Assembly: GCA_963755025.1 (NCBI GenBank)
Contig: CAVWIH010000033.1
Span: forward strand, 73,472 to 137,471
Length of the DNA: 64,000 bases
Origin: an uncultured Actinomycetes bacterium
GTDB taxonomy: Bacteria > Actinomycetota > Thermoleophilia > UBA2241
Direction: 5' to 3'
Shown here: one piece after another, positions 45,013-54,719 of the stretch
How the letters are laid out: every line of letters starts with the position of its first letter
Position numbering within the stretch: position 1 is the stretch's first letter
Made by a program: the position numbers and the translations under genes
Notes under the pieces: generated by a model
Seen by the model: the letters and a program-made list of their open reading frames with translations, nothing else
Database searches by the model: none
What the model was told of the DNA's origin: nothing

Positions 45013-45395
45013 CGACGGGGCAAGAGGGCGCCGGCACACGCGGCGCCGGCTACGACGCGGACTGCATCTTCTGCCGCATCGCCGCCGGCGAGCTGCCGGC
45101 CGACGTGGTGGCGTCCGACGAGCGCTTTGTGGCCTTCAACGACCTGCACCCGGTGGCCCCGGTGCACGTGCTGATCGTGCCGCGCGCCCACGTGGCCTCG
45201 CTCGACGAGGCCGAGGCGCTGCCCGACGACACGCGCGCGGCCATGCTGCCCTTCGTCGCCACGGTGGCCCGCAAGGCGGGCGTGGCGGGTAGCGGCTACC
45301 GGGTGATCGCCAACACGGGCCCCGACTCTGGCCAGGAGGTCATGCACCTGCACTGGCACCTGCTCGGCGGCCGGCGGCTCGGGGCCATGGCATGA
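45009..45395 (+). CDS. HIT-family nucleotide-binding protein
   Basis: CIFCRI, HVLIVP, QEVMHLHWHLLGG. Confidence 0.95.
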   Translation: MTTGQEGAGTRGAGYDADCIFCRIAAGELPADVVASDERFVAFNDLHPVAPVHVLIVPRAHVASLDEAEALPDDTRAAMLPFVATVARKAGVAGSGYRVIANTGPDSGQEVMHLHWHLLGGRRLGAMA

Positions 45396-45856
45396 TCCGC
45401 GAGGCGGGCGCGCTCGAGACGCGCATCAAGGCCGACACGGTGGTCGCGCTCAAGGCCGGCGACAAGCAGCGCACCCAGGCGCTGCGGCTGCTCACGGCGG
45501 CGCTCAAGAAGGAGCGCATCGACGCGGGGGAGACCCCCGACGAGGCGGCCGAGGTCGTCGTGCTCAAGCGCGAGCGCAAGCGACGCCTCGAAGCGGCCGA
45601 GCTCTACGACGGCGCGGGTCGTGCCGAGCTCGCCGCCCAGGAGCGGTACGAAGAGGGGCTCATCGTCGCCTACCTGCCTCCCGAGCTGGGCGACGACGAG
45701 CTGGCGGCGATCGTCGACGAGACGATCGCCGAATCAGGCGCCGTCACGCCCAAAGACATGGGCAAGGTGATGGGCGCGGTCATGAAGAAGGTAGCGGGGC
45801 GCGCCGACGGCGGGCTCGTCAACAAGCTGGTGCGCAGCCGCCTCGGCGGGCACTGA
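45392..45856 (+). CDS. GatB/YqeY-domain protein
   Basis: ALKAGDK, YLPP, KDMGKVMG, GRADG. Confidence 0.93.
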   Translation: MIREAGALETRIKADTVVALKAGDKQRTQALRLLTAALKKERIDAGETPDEAAEVVVLKRERKRRLEAAELYDGAGRAELAAQERYEEGLIVAYLPPELGDDELAAIVDETIAESGAVTPKDMGKVMGAVMKKVAGRADGGLVNKLVRSRLGGH

Positions 45857-45896
45857 CGGGCGTGTCGGCGACGGCCGGCGCTGCCGCGAGGAGACC

Positions 45897-46907
45897 ATGA
45901 CGCAAAAGACGATCCAGCTCGGCGACAACGCCGAGGCGCTCGCCCTGGCGGGCGGGCACGACGCCAACTTGAAAGTGCTCGAGCGCGAGCTGCGCTGCCA
46001 GGTCACGCTGCGCGGCGACCAGGTGCGCCTGAGCGGCAGCGACGCCGACGTCGAACAGGCGGCCAACGTGATCGGCGAGCTGCTGCTCGTCATCCGCTCC
46101 GGCCGGCCCGTCGACGCGAGCGCCGTCGAATCGCTCGTCGACATCGCGGTGAGCGAGAACGGCAAGCCGTCCGAGGTCTACGGCGACGTGGTCTGGAGCC
46201 ACCGAGGGCGCCAGATCGGGCCGCGCACGACCCACCAGAAGGAGTACGTCGACGCCATCCGCGCCAACACCATCACCTTCGGCATAGGCCCGGCCGGCAC
46301 CGGCAAGACCTACCTCGCCGTGGCCGCTGCGGTCGAGGCCTTCTCGAACAAGCGCGTGGGGCGCATCATCCTCACGCGGCCGGCCGTCGAGGCGGGGGAG
46401 AGCCTGGGGTTCCTGCCGGGCACCGTCTCCGAGAAGGTCGATCCCTACTTTCGGCCGCTGTTCGACGCCCTCTACGACATGATGAGCGGCGACAAGCTGG
46501 CGGCGCTCGTCGAAAAGGGCGAGATCGAGATCGCGCCGCTGGCCTACATGCGCGGCCGCACGCTGAACGACTCCTTCATCATCTTAGACGAGGCGCAGAA
46601 CACGACTCCCGAGCAGATCAAGATGTTCCTCACGCGACTGGGCTTCGGCTCGCGCATGGTGGTCACCGGCGACGTCACGCAGATCGACCTGCCGCGCGGC
46701 CGTCAGTCGGGCCTCGCCCTGGTGCCGCAGGTGCTTGGCCAGATCCCCGACATCTCGTTCGTGACCTTCGACCAGCGCGACGTCGTGCGCCACAAGCTCG
46801 TGCAGCGCATCGTGGCCGCCTACAAGGACTACGGCGAGCGCACCGAGAGCGAACGCAGCAAGAGCGAGCGCGACCGCAACGAGCGCGCCGGGCGGGAGCG
46901 TTCGTGA
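45897..46907 (+). CDS. phoH: PhoH-like ATPase
   Basis: GPAGTGKTYLA, TRPAVEAGESLGFLPG, MRGRT, DEAQN. Confidence 0.95.
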   Translation: MTQKTIQLGDNAEALALAGGHDANLKVLERELRCQVTLRGDQVRLSGSDADVEQAANVIGELLLVIRSGRPVDASAVESLVDIAVSENGKPSEVYGDVVWSHRGRQIGPRTTHQKEYVDAIRANTITFGIGPAGTGKTYLAVAAAVEAFSNKRVGRIILTRPAVEAGESLGFLPGTVSEKVDPYFRPLFDALYDMMSGDKLAALVEKGEIEIAPLAYMRGRTLNDSFIILDEAQNTTPEQIKMFLTRLGFGSRMVVTGDVTQIDLPRGRQSGLALVPQVLGQIPDISFVTFDQRDVVRHKLVQRIVAAYKDYGERTESERSKSERDRNERAGRERS

Positions 46908-47464
46908 GCGAGCTCAGCGTCGACGTCGTCAATCTCACGCGCCTGGCCGTCGACCCGGCCGCGGTGACCACGCTCGTGGCCGGCGTGCTCAACGCCGAGG
47001 GCGTGCCGTCGGGCGAGATCGGCGTGCGCTTCGTGGGCGCGCGCCGCATGCGCGCCCTCAACCGCGACTACCTGGGCCACGACGAGGTCACCGACGTGCT
47101 CTCGTTCCCGCTCGAAGACGCCGACGACGAGTTCGCCGACGACGACGCTGCCTACGGCTCGCCCGACGACGACGCCCCCGACGACGACACGCCCGACGAC
47201 GACACGCCCGACGACGACGCCGACGACGCCGGCGAGCCCGAGGCGCCGCGGCTGCTGGGCGACATCGTCGTCTGCCCTACGCGGGCCGCCGCCCAGGCGC
47301 GCGCCGCCGGCACGCCGCTGTCGTTCGAGGTGGCCATGCTGCTCGTGCACGGCACGCTCCACGTGCTCGGCTACGATCACGAGACCGACGCCGGAGAGAT
47401 GGCCCTGCGCCAGGCGGGCTACCTCGACGACGCGAGCTGGGAGCGCCTGCTTGGCAAAGTCTGA
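46904..47464 (+). CDS. ybeY: rRNA maturation endoribonuclease YbeY with Asp-rich insert
   Basis: LNRDY, TDVLSFP, LGDIVVC, HGTLHVLGYDH. Confidence 0.95.
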   Translation: MSELSVDVVNLTRLAVDPAAVTTLVAGVLNAEGVPSGEIGVRFVGARRMRALNRDYLGHDEVTDVLSFPLEDADDEFADDDAAYGSPDDDAPDDDTPDDDTPDDDADDAGEPEAPRLLGDIVVCPTRAAAQARAAGTPLSFEVAMLLVHGTLHVLGYDHETDAGEMALRQAGYLDDASWERLLGKV

Positions 47465-48185
47465 CGGCAACCGGAGCTCGCTGCTGCAGAGCTTCAACTT
47501 CGCCTTCGAGGGCATCATCCACGTGGTCCGCACGCAGCGGAACATGAAGATCCACGTGGGGGTCGCCATCGTCGTGCTGGTGGCCGCCTTCTTCTTCGAC
47601 CTCGACCGGCTGAGCATCGTCGCCCTGTTCGTGGCGATCTCGTTCGTGTTCATCACCGAGATGTTCAACACGGCGCTCGAGTACGCCATCGACATCTTCA
47701 CCTCGCGCTACGACCCGTTGGCCAAGCTCGCCAAAGACGTGGCCGCCGGCGCCGTGCTGGTGGCCACCCTGAACGCGCTCGTGGTGGCCTACCTCGTGTT
47801 CTACGACAGGGTCACCGGCGTGCCGTACACCGTCTTGAACAAGGTGCGCCAGACGCCGATCGACGTGGCCGCGATCACGGTGTTCCTGCTGGTGATCGTG
47901 GTGATCGCCGTGAAGGCGATCACGGGGCGCGGCTCGCCGCTGCGCGGCGGCCTGCCCAGCGGCCACGCCGCCGTGGCCTTCGGCGGCTGGGTGGCGATCA
48001 CGTTCATCGCCGCGGGCACCGCCTTCGACCTGCCGATCTCGGTGATCGCCCTGGTCATGGCCGTGCTGACCGGACAGAGCCGCGTGCAGGCCGGCATCCA
48101 CACCTGGCTCGAGGTGGCGTTGGGCGGGCTGCTCGGCGCCGGCCTCACCGTGCTCATCTTTCTCATCTTCTACCCGATCACCTGA
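47451..48185 (+). CDS. dgkA: Diacylglycerol/undecaprenol kinase fused to PAP2 phosphatase domain
   Basis: EMFNTALE, AKDVAAGAVL; then GGLPSGHAA and SRVQAGIH. Confidence 0.9.
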   Translation: MAKSDGNRSSLLQSFNFAFEGIIHVVRTQRNMKIHVGVAIVVLVAAFFFDLDRLSIVALFVAISFVFITEMFNTALEYAIDIFTSRYDPLAKLAKDVAAGAVLVATLNALVVAYLVFYDRVTGVPYTVLNKVRQTPIDVAAITVFLLVIVVIAVKAITGRGSPLRGGLPSGHAAVAFGGWVAITFIAAGTAFDLPISVIALVMAVLTGQSRVQAGIHTWLEVALGGLLGAGLTVLIFLIFYPIT

Positions 48186-48199
48186 CCGAAAAGGGGCGC

Positions 48200-48673
48200 A
48201 TGACAGCCACCGAACAGACGATCCCCGGGCGACCGCCCAGCGCCGCCGAGCGCCGCCTCTGGCAGCGCGCCAGAGCGGCCGCCGCGCAGGCCTACGCGCC
48301 GTACTCGGGCCTGTGCGTGGGCGCCGCCCTCGTCACGGCCGCCGGCAACACGTTCACCGGCGTGAACGTCGAGAACGCTTCGTACCCGGTGGGGCTGTGC
48401 GCCGAGCGCGCCGCGCTGGCGGCGGCGGTCACGGCCGGCGAGCGCCACTTCGCCGCGCTCGCCGTGGCCACCGACCAGGGCGCGCCCATCCTGCCTTGCG
48501 GCGCCTGTCTGCAGGCGCTCGCCGAGTTCGGCGAGCTCGACCTCGTCGTCACGCTGCCGGCGGCGAGCTCGGCCGACCGCGGCTCGCGCCCCGACGGGCT
48601 GATCGAGCAGCGCGTGGTCGCTCTGCACGACCTGCTGCGGGCGCCGTTCCGTTCGCCCCGCGAAACGCCATGA
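48200..48673 (+). CDS. cdd: Cytidine deaminase
   Basis: AYAPYS, GVNVENASY, CAER, PCGAC. Confidence 0.95.
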   Translation: MTATEQTIPGRPPSAAERRLWQRARAAAAQAYAPYSGLCVGAALVTAAGNTFTGVNVENASYPVGLCAERAALAAAVTAGERHFAALAVATDQGAPILPCGACLQALAEFGELDLVVTLPAASSADRGSRPDGLIEQRVVALHDLLRAPFRSPRETP

Positions 48674-49557
48674 CGGCGCCGTTCCGCTCCGGCTTCGTCG
48701 CCGTGCTCGGCCGTCCCAACGTGGGCAAGTCGACGCTCGTCAACCGCCTCGTGGGTCACAAGGTGAGCATCGTGTCGGACCACCCCCAGACCACCCGGCG
48801 GCGCATCAGCGGCGTCGTCACCGGCGACGGTTTTCAGCTCGTGCTGCTCGACCTGCCCGGCTTTCAGCGGCCCTTCGACTCGCTCACCCGGCGCATGCAG
48901 GCCACGGTCGACGCCACCCTCACCGAGGTCGACGCCGCCCTGTTCATGATGAACGCGGCCAAGTCGCCCGGCGGCGGCGACCGCTACATCGCCCAGGCGG
49001 TCGCGTCGGCCCGCACGCCGTACGTGGCCGTGCTCAACAAGATCGACCTGGTCACGCGCCAGGTGCTGGCCGGGCGCGTGGCGGCCGCCGAGGAACTGCT
49101 CGGCGGGGGAGAGGTGCGGGCCATCAGCGCCCTGCGTGGCGACGGCCTCACCGACGTCGTCGAGTCGCTGGTCGACGCCATGCCCGAGGGACCCGTCTAC
49201 TTTCCCGACGGCGAGGTCTCCGATCAGCCCCTCGAGATGCTGGTCGCCGAGCTCATCCGCGAGCAGGCCCTGCGCGTCACGCGCGAAGAGGTGCCGCACG
49301 CGGTGGCGGTGCAGGTCGAGTCGATCACCGAACGGCCCGGCGACTCGCTGGTCGAGATCGAGGCGTTCCTGATCGTCGAGCACGAGTCGCAAAAGGCGAT
49401 CCTCATAGGCAAGGGCGGCCGCGTCGTGAAGAGCATCGGCAGCGGCGCGCGCGGCGAGATCGAGACGGTGATCGGCGCCAAGGTCTTTCTGGGGCTGCGC
49501 GTGAAGGTGCGCAAGCACTGGCGCCGCGACGACCGCTACATCGACCACCTGCTGTAG
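48670..49557 (+). CDS. era: GTPase Era
   Basis: GRPNVGKSTL, QTTR, NKID, REEVPH, IGKGG KH motif. Confidence 0.97.
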   Translation: MTAPFRSGFVAVLGRPNVGKSTLVNRLVGHKVSIVSDHPQTTRRRISGVVTGDGFQLVLLDLPGFQRPFDSLTRRMQATVDATLTEVDAALFMMNAAKSPGGGDRYIAQAVASARTPYVAVLNKIDLVTRQVLAGRVAAAEELLGGGEVRAISALRGDGLTDVVESLVDAMPEGPVYFPDGEVSDQPLEMLVAELIREQALRVTREEVPHAVAVQVESITERPGDSLVEIEAFLIVEHESQKAILIGKGGRVVKSIGSGARGEIETVIGAKVFLGLRVKVRKHWRRDDRYIDHLL

Positions 49558-49657
49558 GTCCGTCCGGCCGAGCCCGGCCGTGAGGGCGCTTTGATATACT
49601 GCGGCCAGATGGCAGGCGCGGCAGGCGCGCCCCAGGTACTGAAGGGACGGCTGCGCG

Positions 49658-50359
49658 TTGCAAGCTGAGGAACTCGCCAAGACGATCGACCATACCCTCT
49701 TGCAGCCCAACGCCGTGCGCCTCGACATAGAGCGTCTCTGCGCCCAGGCCGCCGAGTACCACTTCGCCGCCGTCTGCGTGCTGCCGCACTGGGTGCAGTT
49801 CGCCGCCCGCCTGCTGGCCGACTCCGACGTCAAGGTCTGCACGGTGGTCGGCTTTCCCTTCGGCGCCGACGGCATGCGCTCCAAGGTCGCGGCCGCCGAA
49901 GACGCGGTGGCCCACGGCGCCGACGAGATCGACGTCGTCATGTGCCTGCCGGCCATGCTCTCGGGCGACTTCACCTACGTGCGCGACGAGCTCACCGGCG
50001 TGGTGCGCTCGGTGCGCATGGCGGGCGTCAACAACGGCCGCGGACTGGTGCTCGTCAAGGTCATCGTCGAGACCTGCTACCTGTCGAACAAGCTCAAGAA
50101 GATGGCCTGCCGCATAGTCGAAGACACCGGCGCCGACTTCGTCAAGACCTCGACGGGCCTGGGCCCCGAAGGCGCCACGGTGCACGACGTCGAACTGCTG
50201 CGCGACGCGCTTAGCGAGCGCGTGGCCGTCAAGGCCGCCGGCGGCGTGCGCACGTGCGACGAGGTCCTGCGCCTCATCAACGCCGGCGCCGCCCGCATAG
50301 GCACGAGCGCCGGCGACCAGATCATGCAGGAGTTCCGCAGCGGGCAGAACGGCGGCTGA
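49658..50359 (+). CDS. deoC: Deoxyribose-phosphate aldolase
   Basis: IDHTLL, VGFPFG, GADEID, KVIVET, FVKTSTG, KAAGGVR. Confidence 0.96.
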   Translation: MQAEELAKTIDHTLLQPNAVRLDIERLCAQAAEYHFAAVCVLPHWVQFAARLLADSDVKVCTVVGFPFGADGMRSKVAAAEDAVAHGADEIDVVMCLPAMLSGDFTYVRDELTGVVRSVRMAGVNNGRGLVLVKVIVETCYLSNKLKKMACRIVEDTGADFVKTSTGLGPEGATVHDVELLRDALSERVAVKAAGGVRTCDEVLRLINAGAARIGTSAGDQIMQEFRSGQNGG

Positions 50360-50435
50360 CCAGAAGGCCACGGGGGCGCTCCGGCAACGGCTTTTCTTGC
50401 GCTGCGAAGGGAATAGAATCGCGCGCAGCAGACCC

Positions 50436-52154
50436 ATGGGTACTCACTCTCTCAGGCCGCTCTTGACGACAGCGGGCCGGTTCGGCCGCCGCGTGTCTGC
50501 CGGTGCGTCCCGGGCCACGGCGGCGATCGGCTGGACCGGCCTCATCCTGCTGGCCGTGCTGGCGGTGGCCGCCTTCTTGCGCTTCAAGGGCGTGAGCTGG
50601 GGCCTGCCGTACCCGTACCAGAACCCCGACGAGAAGGTCGTGCTGGCGCGTGCCTTTCGCATAGCGCGCGGCCACTTCAACCCCGAGTTCTTCTACTACC
50701 CGTCGCTGCTGTTCAACCTCATCGGCACGGCTATCTGGGCGGTCAGCAAGGTCTACGTGCCGCACGGCGGCGCCAGCCTGATCAGCCCGGTCACCTACGT
50801 CACCGACCCCACGCCGTACTACCTGATCGGGCGCGCCGTGGTGGCCACCTGCGGCGTGGTGTCGGTGTACCTCGTCTACCGGCTCGGCAAAGAGGCCTTC
50901 TCGCGGCCGGTGGGCCTGCTGGCCGCCCTGTTCCTGGCCGTCGAGCCGCTGCACGTACGCTACTCGCACGTCGCGGTCACCGACGTGCCGGCCACCATGT
51001 TCGGCCTGCTCGCCCTGCTGCTGTTCCTGCGGGCGGCGCGCCTGCGCTCGCCGCGCACGCTGCTGTGGGGCGCCCTGGCGGCCGGCCTGGCCACCGGCAC
51101 CAAGTACAACCTCGGCATGCTGGTCGTGCCCGGCGTGATCGCCTGCTGGTACGTGTACCGCGGGCAGCCGGCCGACCACCGCGTGCGCGCCCTGGCGGCG
51201 CGCGCGGCGCGCCGCATCGCGCTGCCCATGCTGCTGGCCTTCGTGGTGAGCACGCCCTATGCGGTGCTCGACCCGCGCCACTTCCTGGGCAACTTCGCGA
51301 GCCAGAACAAGATCGTCGCCAACGGCTGGCTGGGCTTCGAGAACGTGCACAACGGCTACTGGTACAACCTGAGCGTGAACCTGCTCGGCTCGCTGGGCAT
51401 CGTGCTGCTCGTGCTGGGCCTGATCGGCATCGCCCTGGCGCTGGTCAGGCGCACCCGCGCCGACCTCATCCTCGTGCCCTACGTCATCGTCTACTACCTC
51501 TACGTGAGCTCGTGGCACGCCCTCATGGACCGCTACCTGCTGCCCATCGTGCCGCTGCTCATCGTGCTCGCGGTGCGCGCCTGCCTGGCGCCGGTGGCCC
51601 GACCGGCCCTGCGCCGCCGGGCGGTCGTGGTCGCCCTCGCCACGGTGGTGCTGCTGGGCGCCATCGTGTTGCCCGCGCGCGCCTCGATCAACTACTCGCG
51701 CTCGCTCTCGGGCACCGACGTGCGCACCGTGGCCAAGACCTGGATCGAGCGGCACCTGGCGCCCGGCACGGTCATCGCCATGGAGCCCTACGGACCGCCG
51801 CTCGTGCCCTACTTCGACCTGCGCTTCTACACCGACGCCCGACTGACGACGCCGAGCTACACGATCTACAAGCTGCCTCTGCCGCTGCCCGGCACGAGCA
51901 ACCCCAGGGACCGCCTGCGCGCCCTCGTGCTACACCACGTCGACTACGTGGTGCTCAGCTCGCAGGTCGACAGCCGCGTGATGGCGGCGCGCGCGGTCTA
52001 CCCGCTGCAGGTCGCCTTTTACCAGGAGGTGGCGCGCTTCGGGCGCATCCAGGCCACCTTCACGCCGCGGCCCGGCGAGCAGGGCCCGACGATCACGGTG
52101 TACCGCTTGCCGGCCAGTCTCACGCTGGCCTCGCTCAAGCGGCACCACTTCTAG
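50436..52154 (+). CDS. GT-C (PMT/ArnT-like) membrane glycosyltransferase
   Basis: NPDE, FYYPSL, GRAVVA, YSHVAVTDV, TKYN, RYLLP; many TMs. Confidence 0.85.
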   Translation: MGTHSLRPLLTTAGRFGRRVSAGASRATAAIGWTGLILLAVLAVAAFLRFKGVSWGLPYPYQNPDEKVVLARAFRIARGHFNPEFFYYPSLLFNLIGTAIWAVSKVYVPHGGASLISPVTYVTDPTPYYLIGRAVVATCGVVSVYLVYRLGKEAFSRPVGLLAALFLAVEPLHVRYSHVAVTDVPATMFGLLALLLFLRAARLRSPRTLLWGALAAGLATGTKYNLGMLVVPGVIACWYVYRGQPADHRVRALAARAARRIALPMLLAFVVSTPYAVLDPRHFLGNFASQNKIVANGWLGFENVHNGYWYNLSVNLLGSLGIVLLVLGLIGIALALVRRTRADLILVPYVIVYYLYVSSWHALMDRYLLPIVPLLIVLAVRACLAPVARPALRRRAVVVALATVVLLGAIVLPARASINYSRSLSGTDVRTVAKTWIERHLAPGTVIAMEPYGPPLVPYFDLRFYTDARLTTPSYTIYKLPLPLPGTSNPRDRLRALVLHHVDYVVLSSQVDSRVMAARAVYPLQVAFYQEVARFGRIQATFTPRPGEQGPTITVYRLPASLTLASLKRHHF

Positions 52155-52163
52155 GCGTGCGCC

Positions 52164-53147
52164 CTACCTGATCGCCAGGTAGCTGCCGAAGCCCACCGGG
52201 ATCGGTATCCAGAAGTTGATCAGCCGGTAGACGAGCACCACGGCGATCGCCTGGGGCGACGGCACGTCGAAGCTCACCAGCAGCGTGATCATCAACCCCT
52301 CGATGGCGCCTAGGCCGCCCGGCGTGGGCGCCAGGCTGCCCACCGCGTTGGCCACCGCGTAGCTCACGGTGAGGGCCGCCAGCGGCACGTGGTAGCCCAG
52401 GGCGATGAAAACGAGGTACAGGCAGAGCAGGTCGAACCCCCAGAACATGCACGAGTAGGCGACCGCCGTGCGCTTGGCGCCGCGGTGGGTGCCCATGCGG
52501 CGCATGCCGGCGAACAGGCTGTCGAGCCACTCGTCGATGTGCTCGGGCGCTATGCGCTCGCGCCGGTAGATGCGGTTGATGAGGGCCGCCACCTGCGACA
52601 CCCGGCGGCGCATCTTGGCGCGGTGGCGGTACAGGTAGAGGCCGTAGGCGGTGAGCCACAGCAGGCCGGCGATGAGCACCAGGGCGAGCGTGTAGCTCCA
52701 CGGGTTCACGCGTCCGCTCGAGACCACCGACACCAGGGCCACGAGGAACATGACCCAGAGCACGATGTAGGTGAAGAAGTTCTGCGCGGCGATGGCCACG
52801 AAGATGAGGCCGTGGGGCACCTCGCGCTTGCGCAGCGCGTTATAGCTGACCACCATGCCGGCCGCGCCGCCGGCGCCGAAGAGGTGGCTGAACGACAGGC
52901 CGGCCAGCACGACGTTCATGACCGTGCCAAAGCGCAAGCGCACGTCGAGCACGCGCAGGATGTGGCGGAACAGGTTGGCATAGCCGGCCAGCGAGACGAA
53001 CTCGACGACCACGGCCAGCACGAGCAGTGGCCAGCGCGCGTGGCGCACCAGGCCGAGGGCGCGTTCGGGACCCACCAGCCGGGGGAGCAAGAGGTAGAGG
53101 ACGACGACGATCAGAAGAAAGAAGATGACCCTGCGGAGCGCTTTGAT
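52164..53147 (-). CDS. UPF0104 / lysylphosphatidylglycerol-synthase TM-domain (flippase-like) protein
   Basis: TPGGLGAIE, LVYRLINFWIP; likely start at ATC 53147 behind GGGAGG. Confidence 0.85.
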   Translation of the reverse strand: MKALRRVIFFLLIVVVLYLLLPRLVGPERALGLVRHARWPLLVLAVVVEFVSLAGYANLFRHILRVLDVRLRFGTVMNVVLAGLSFSHLFGAGGAAGMVVSYNALRKREVPHGLIFVAIAAQNFFTYIVLWVMFLVALVSVVSSGRVNPWSYTLALVLIAGLLWLTAYGLYLYRHRAKMRRRVSQVAALINRIYRRERIAPEHIDEWLDSLFAGMRRMGTHRGAKRTAVAYSCMFWGFDLLCLYLVFIALGYHVPLAALTVSYAVANAVGSLAPTPGGLGAIEGLMITLLVSFDVPSPQAIAVVLVYRLINFWIPIPVGFGSYLAIR

Positions 53148-53225
53148 CGTCGGTGCCTCCCGCCGTGCGCCCGCGGTTTGAGCCGGGGGGCGCTGCTTGG
53201 TCTCGTCCGGGCGTTCGAGGTTATC

Positions 53226-53281
53226 ACGAGCGGGGCGGCGGGTGAGGGCCGCTCGCGGCCCTCACCCGCCGCCCCGCTCGT
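53226..53281. repeat. Perfect 27-bp inverted repeat (hairpin)
   Basis: acgagcggggcggcgggtgagggccgc-tc-gcggccctcacccgccgccccgctcgt. Confidence 0.92.
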
Positions 53282-53370
53282 AGGGCGTCAGGGTGTGTGC
53301 GCTTACGTCGGTCTAGTCCGTCGATACACTTCGTCGTCGCTGCTCAGGCAGGCGTGACTTTGTCGCGCTC

Positions 53371-54540
53371 CTAGTACAGGAACATGGGCTTGTCCTGGAT
53401 GTCGCGCACCTTGGGCCGGTACTGCGCGGCGTCGTAGAGCTCGGCGACGTCGATCTTGCGCTGCCCGCCGGCGACCGTGGTGAGCGGCACCGTCGTGTAG
53501 CTGCCGCCCTGCAGGGCGACGAGCTTGCCGGTGTGGCCCTTGGCGACCTCGTCGGCGGCGAGGATGCCGAACGAGTTGGCCACCATGCGGTCGAGGGTGT
53601 CGGGCGCGCCCGAGCGGATCACGTAGCCGAGCTGCTGGAACATGACGTTGGTGCCGGTGATGCGCTTGATCTCCTGCGACACCGCGAGGCCGATGCCGCC
53701 GAGCTTGCGGTGGCCGAAGGCGTCGGCTTCGCCGCCCTCGGTGATGTCGCCGCCCTCGGGCACCGCGCCCTCGGAGATGGTGACCATGGAGTAGTGCGAG
53801 GGGTTGCCCGCGCGGTCGTCGGCCAGAAAGCCGGCGAGGCGCTCCATGTTGAACGGCACTTCGGGGATGATGGCGCGGTCGACGGCCGCGAGCAGGGCGG
53901 CGTAGAGGCTGGTGCCGCCCGAATGACGGCCGAAGAGCTCGATGATGCCGATGCGCTCGTGCGAGCCCAGCGCCGTGCGGAAGTTGGTGATCATCTCGAC
54001 CGAGCGCGTGATGGTGGTCGAGAAGCCGATGCAGTAGTCGGTGCCCAGGACGTCGTTGTCCATGGTCTTGGGAATGGCGATGGCCGGAAAGCCCTCGCGG
54101 CTGAGGCGCTCGGCGAACGACAGCGTGTCCTCGCCGCCGATCGGCACGAGGGCGTCGAGGCCGAGATGGTTGAGCACGCGGATGGCGTGCTTGGTGCAGT
54201 CGACCTTGCCGTCGTCGCGGACCGTCTGGTCTTCGGCGCGCACGTACGAGGGCACGTCGGCGGCCTTCACGGCCACCGGGTTGGTGCGCGAGCTGTGCAG
54301 CATGGTGCCGCCCGTGCGGTCGATGCGGCGCACGGTCTCGTGGTCGAGCGGCAGCGTGAAGGTGGCTACGGTGGCCGGGTCGTCGGGGTCGATGCCCATG
54401 ACGCTGGCCCAGCCGCGGCGCAGGCCGACGACCTCGATGCCGTGGTCGGCCGCCCGGCCGACGACCGCCTTGATCGCGACGTTCAGCCCGGGCACGTCGC
54501 CGCCGCCCGTCAGAATGCCGATCCGCGCTACGTTCGCCAT
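53371..54540 (-). CDS. pfkA: Phosphofructokinase (PfkA family, probably PPi-dependent)
   Basis: LTGGGDVPGLN, GGTMLHSSR, GGEDT, PKTMDND, LGYVIRSG. Confidence 0.93.
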   Translation of the reverse strand: MANVARIGILTGGGDVPGLNVAIKAVVGRAADHGIEVVGLRRGWASVMGIDPDDPATVATFTLPLDHETVRRIDRTGGTMLHSSRTNPVAVKAADVPSYVRAEDQTVRDDGKVDCTKHAIRVLNHLGLDALVPIGGEDTLSFAERLSREGFPAIAIPKTMDNDVLGTDYCIGFSTTITRSVEMITNFRTALGSHERIGIIELFGRHSGGTSLYAALLAAVDRAIIPEVPFNMERLAGFLADDRAGNPSHYSMVTISEGAVPEGGDITEGGEADAFGHRKLGGIGLAVSQEIKRITGTNVMFQQLGYVIRSGAPDTLDRMVANSFGILAADEVAKGHTGKLVALQGGSYTTVPLTTVAGGQRKIDVAELYDAAQYRPKVRDIQDKPMFLY

Positions 54541-54719
54541 GTGTCCTCCAAGAAGGTGAGGGAGCCTCGCGCCCCTCGTTGCCGTCGGTCAGGTTGAAGC
54601 ATGGGCGAATTTATCACGAGCGCCGCCGTTACGCGGCAGGTAGAGTAGACGACCGTGAAATCCGCACTCATCGCAGCAAGCCCGTCGCTCCCTGCGCCGA
54701 CCGCAACGCCGAGCCCGCC

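Noticed and set aside
47451-48185. DgkA-PAP2 fusion as novel
   Set aside because: This fusion is already known at this locus in other Gram-positive lineages.
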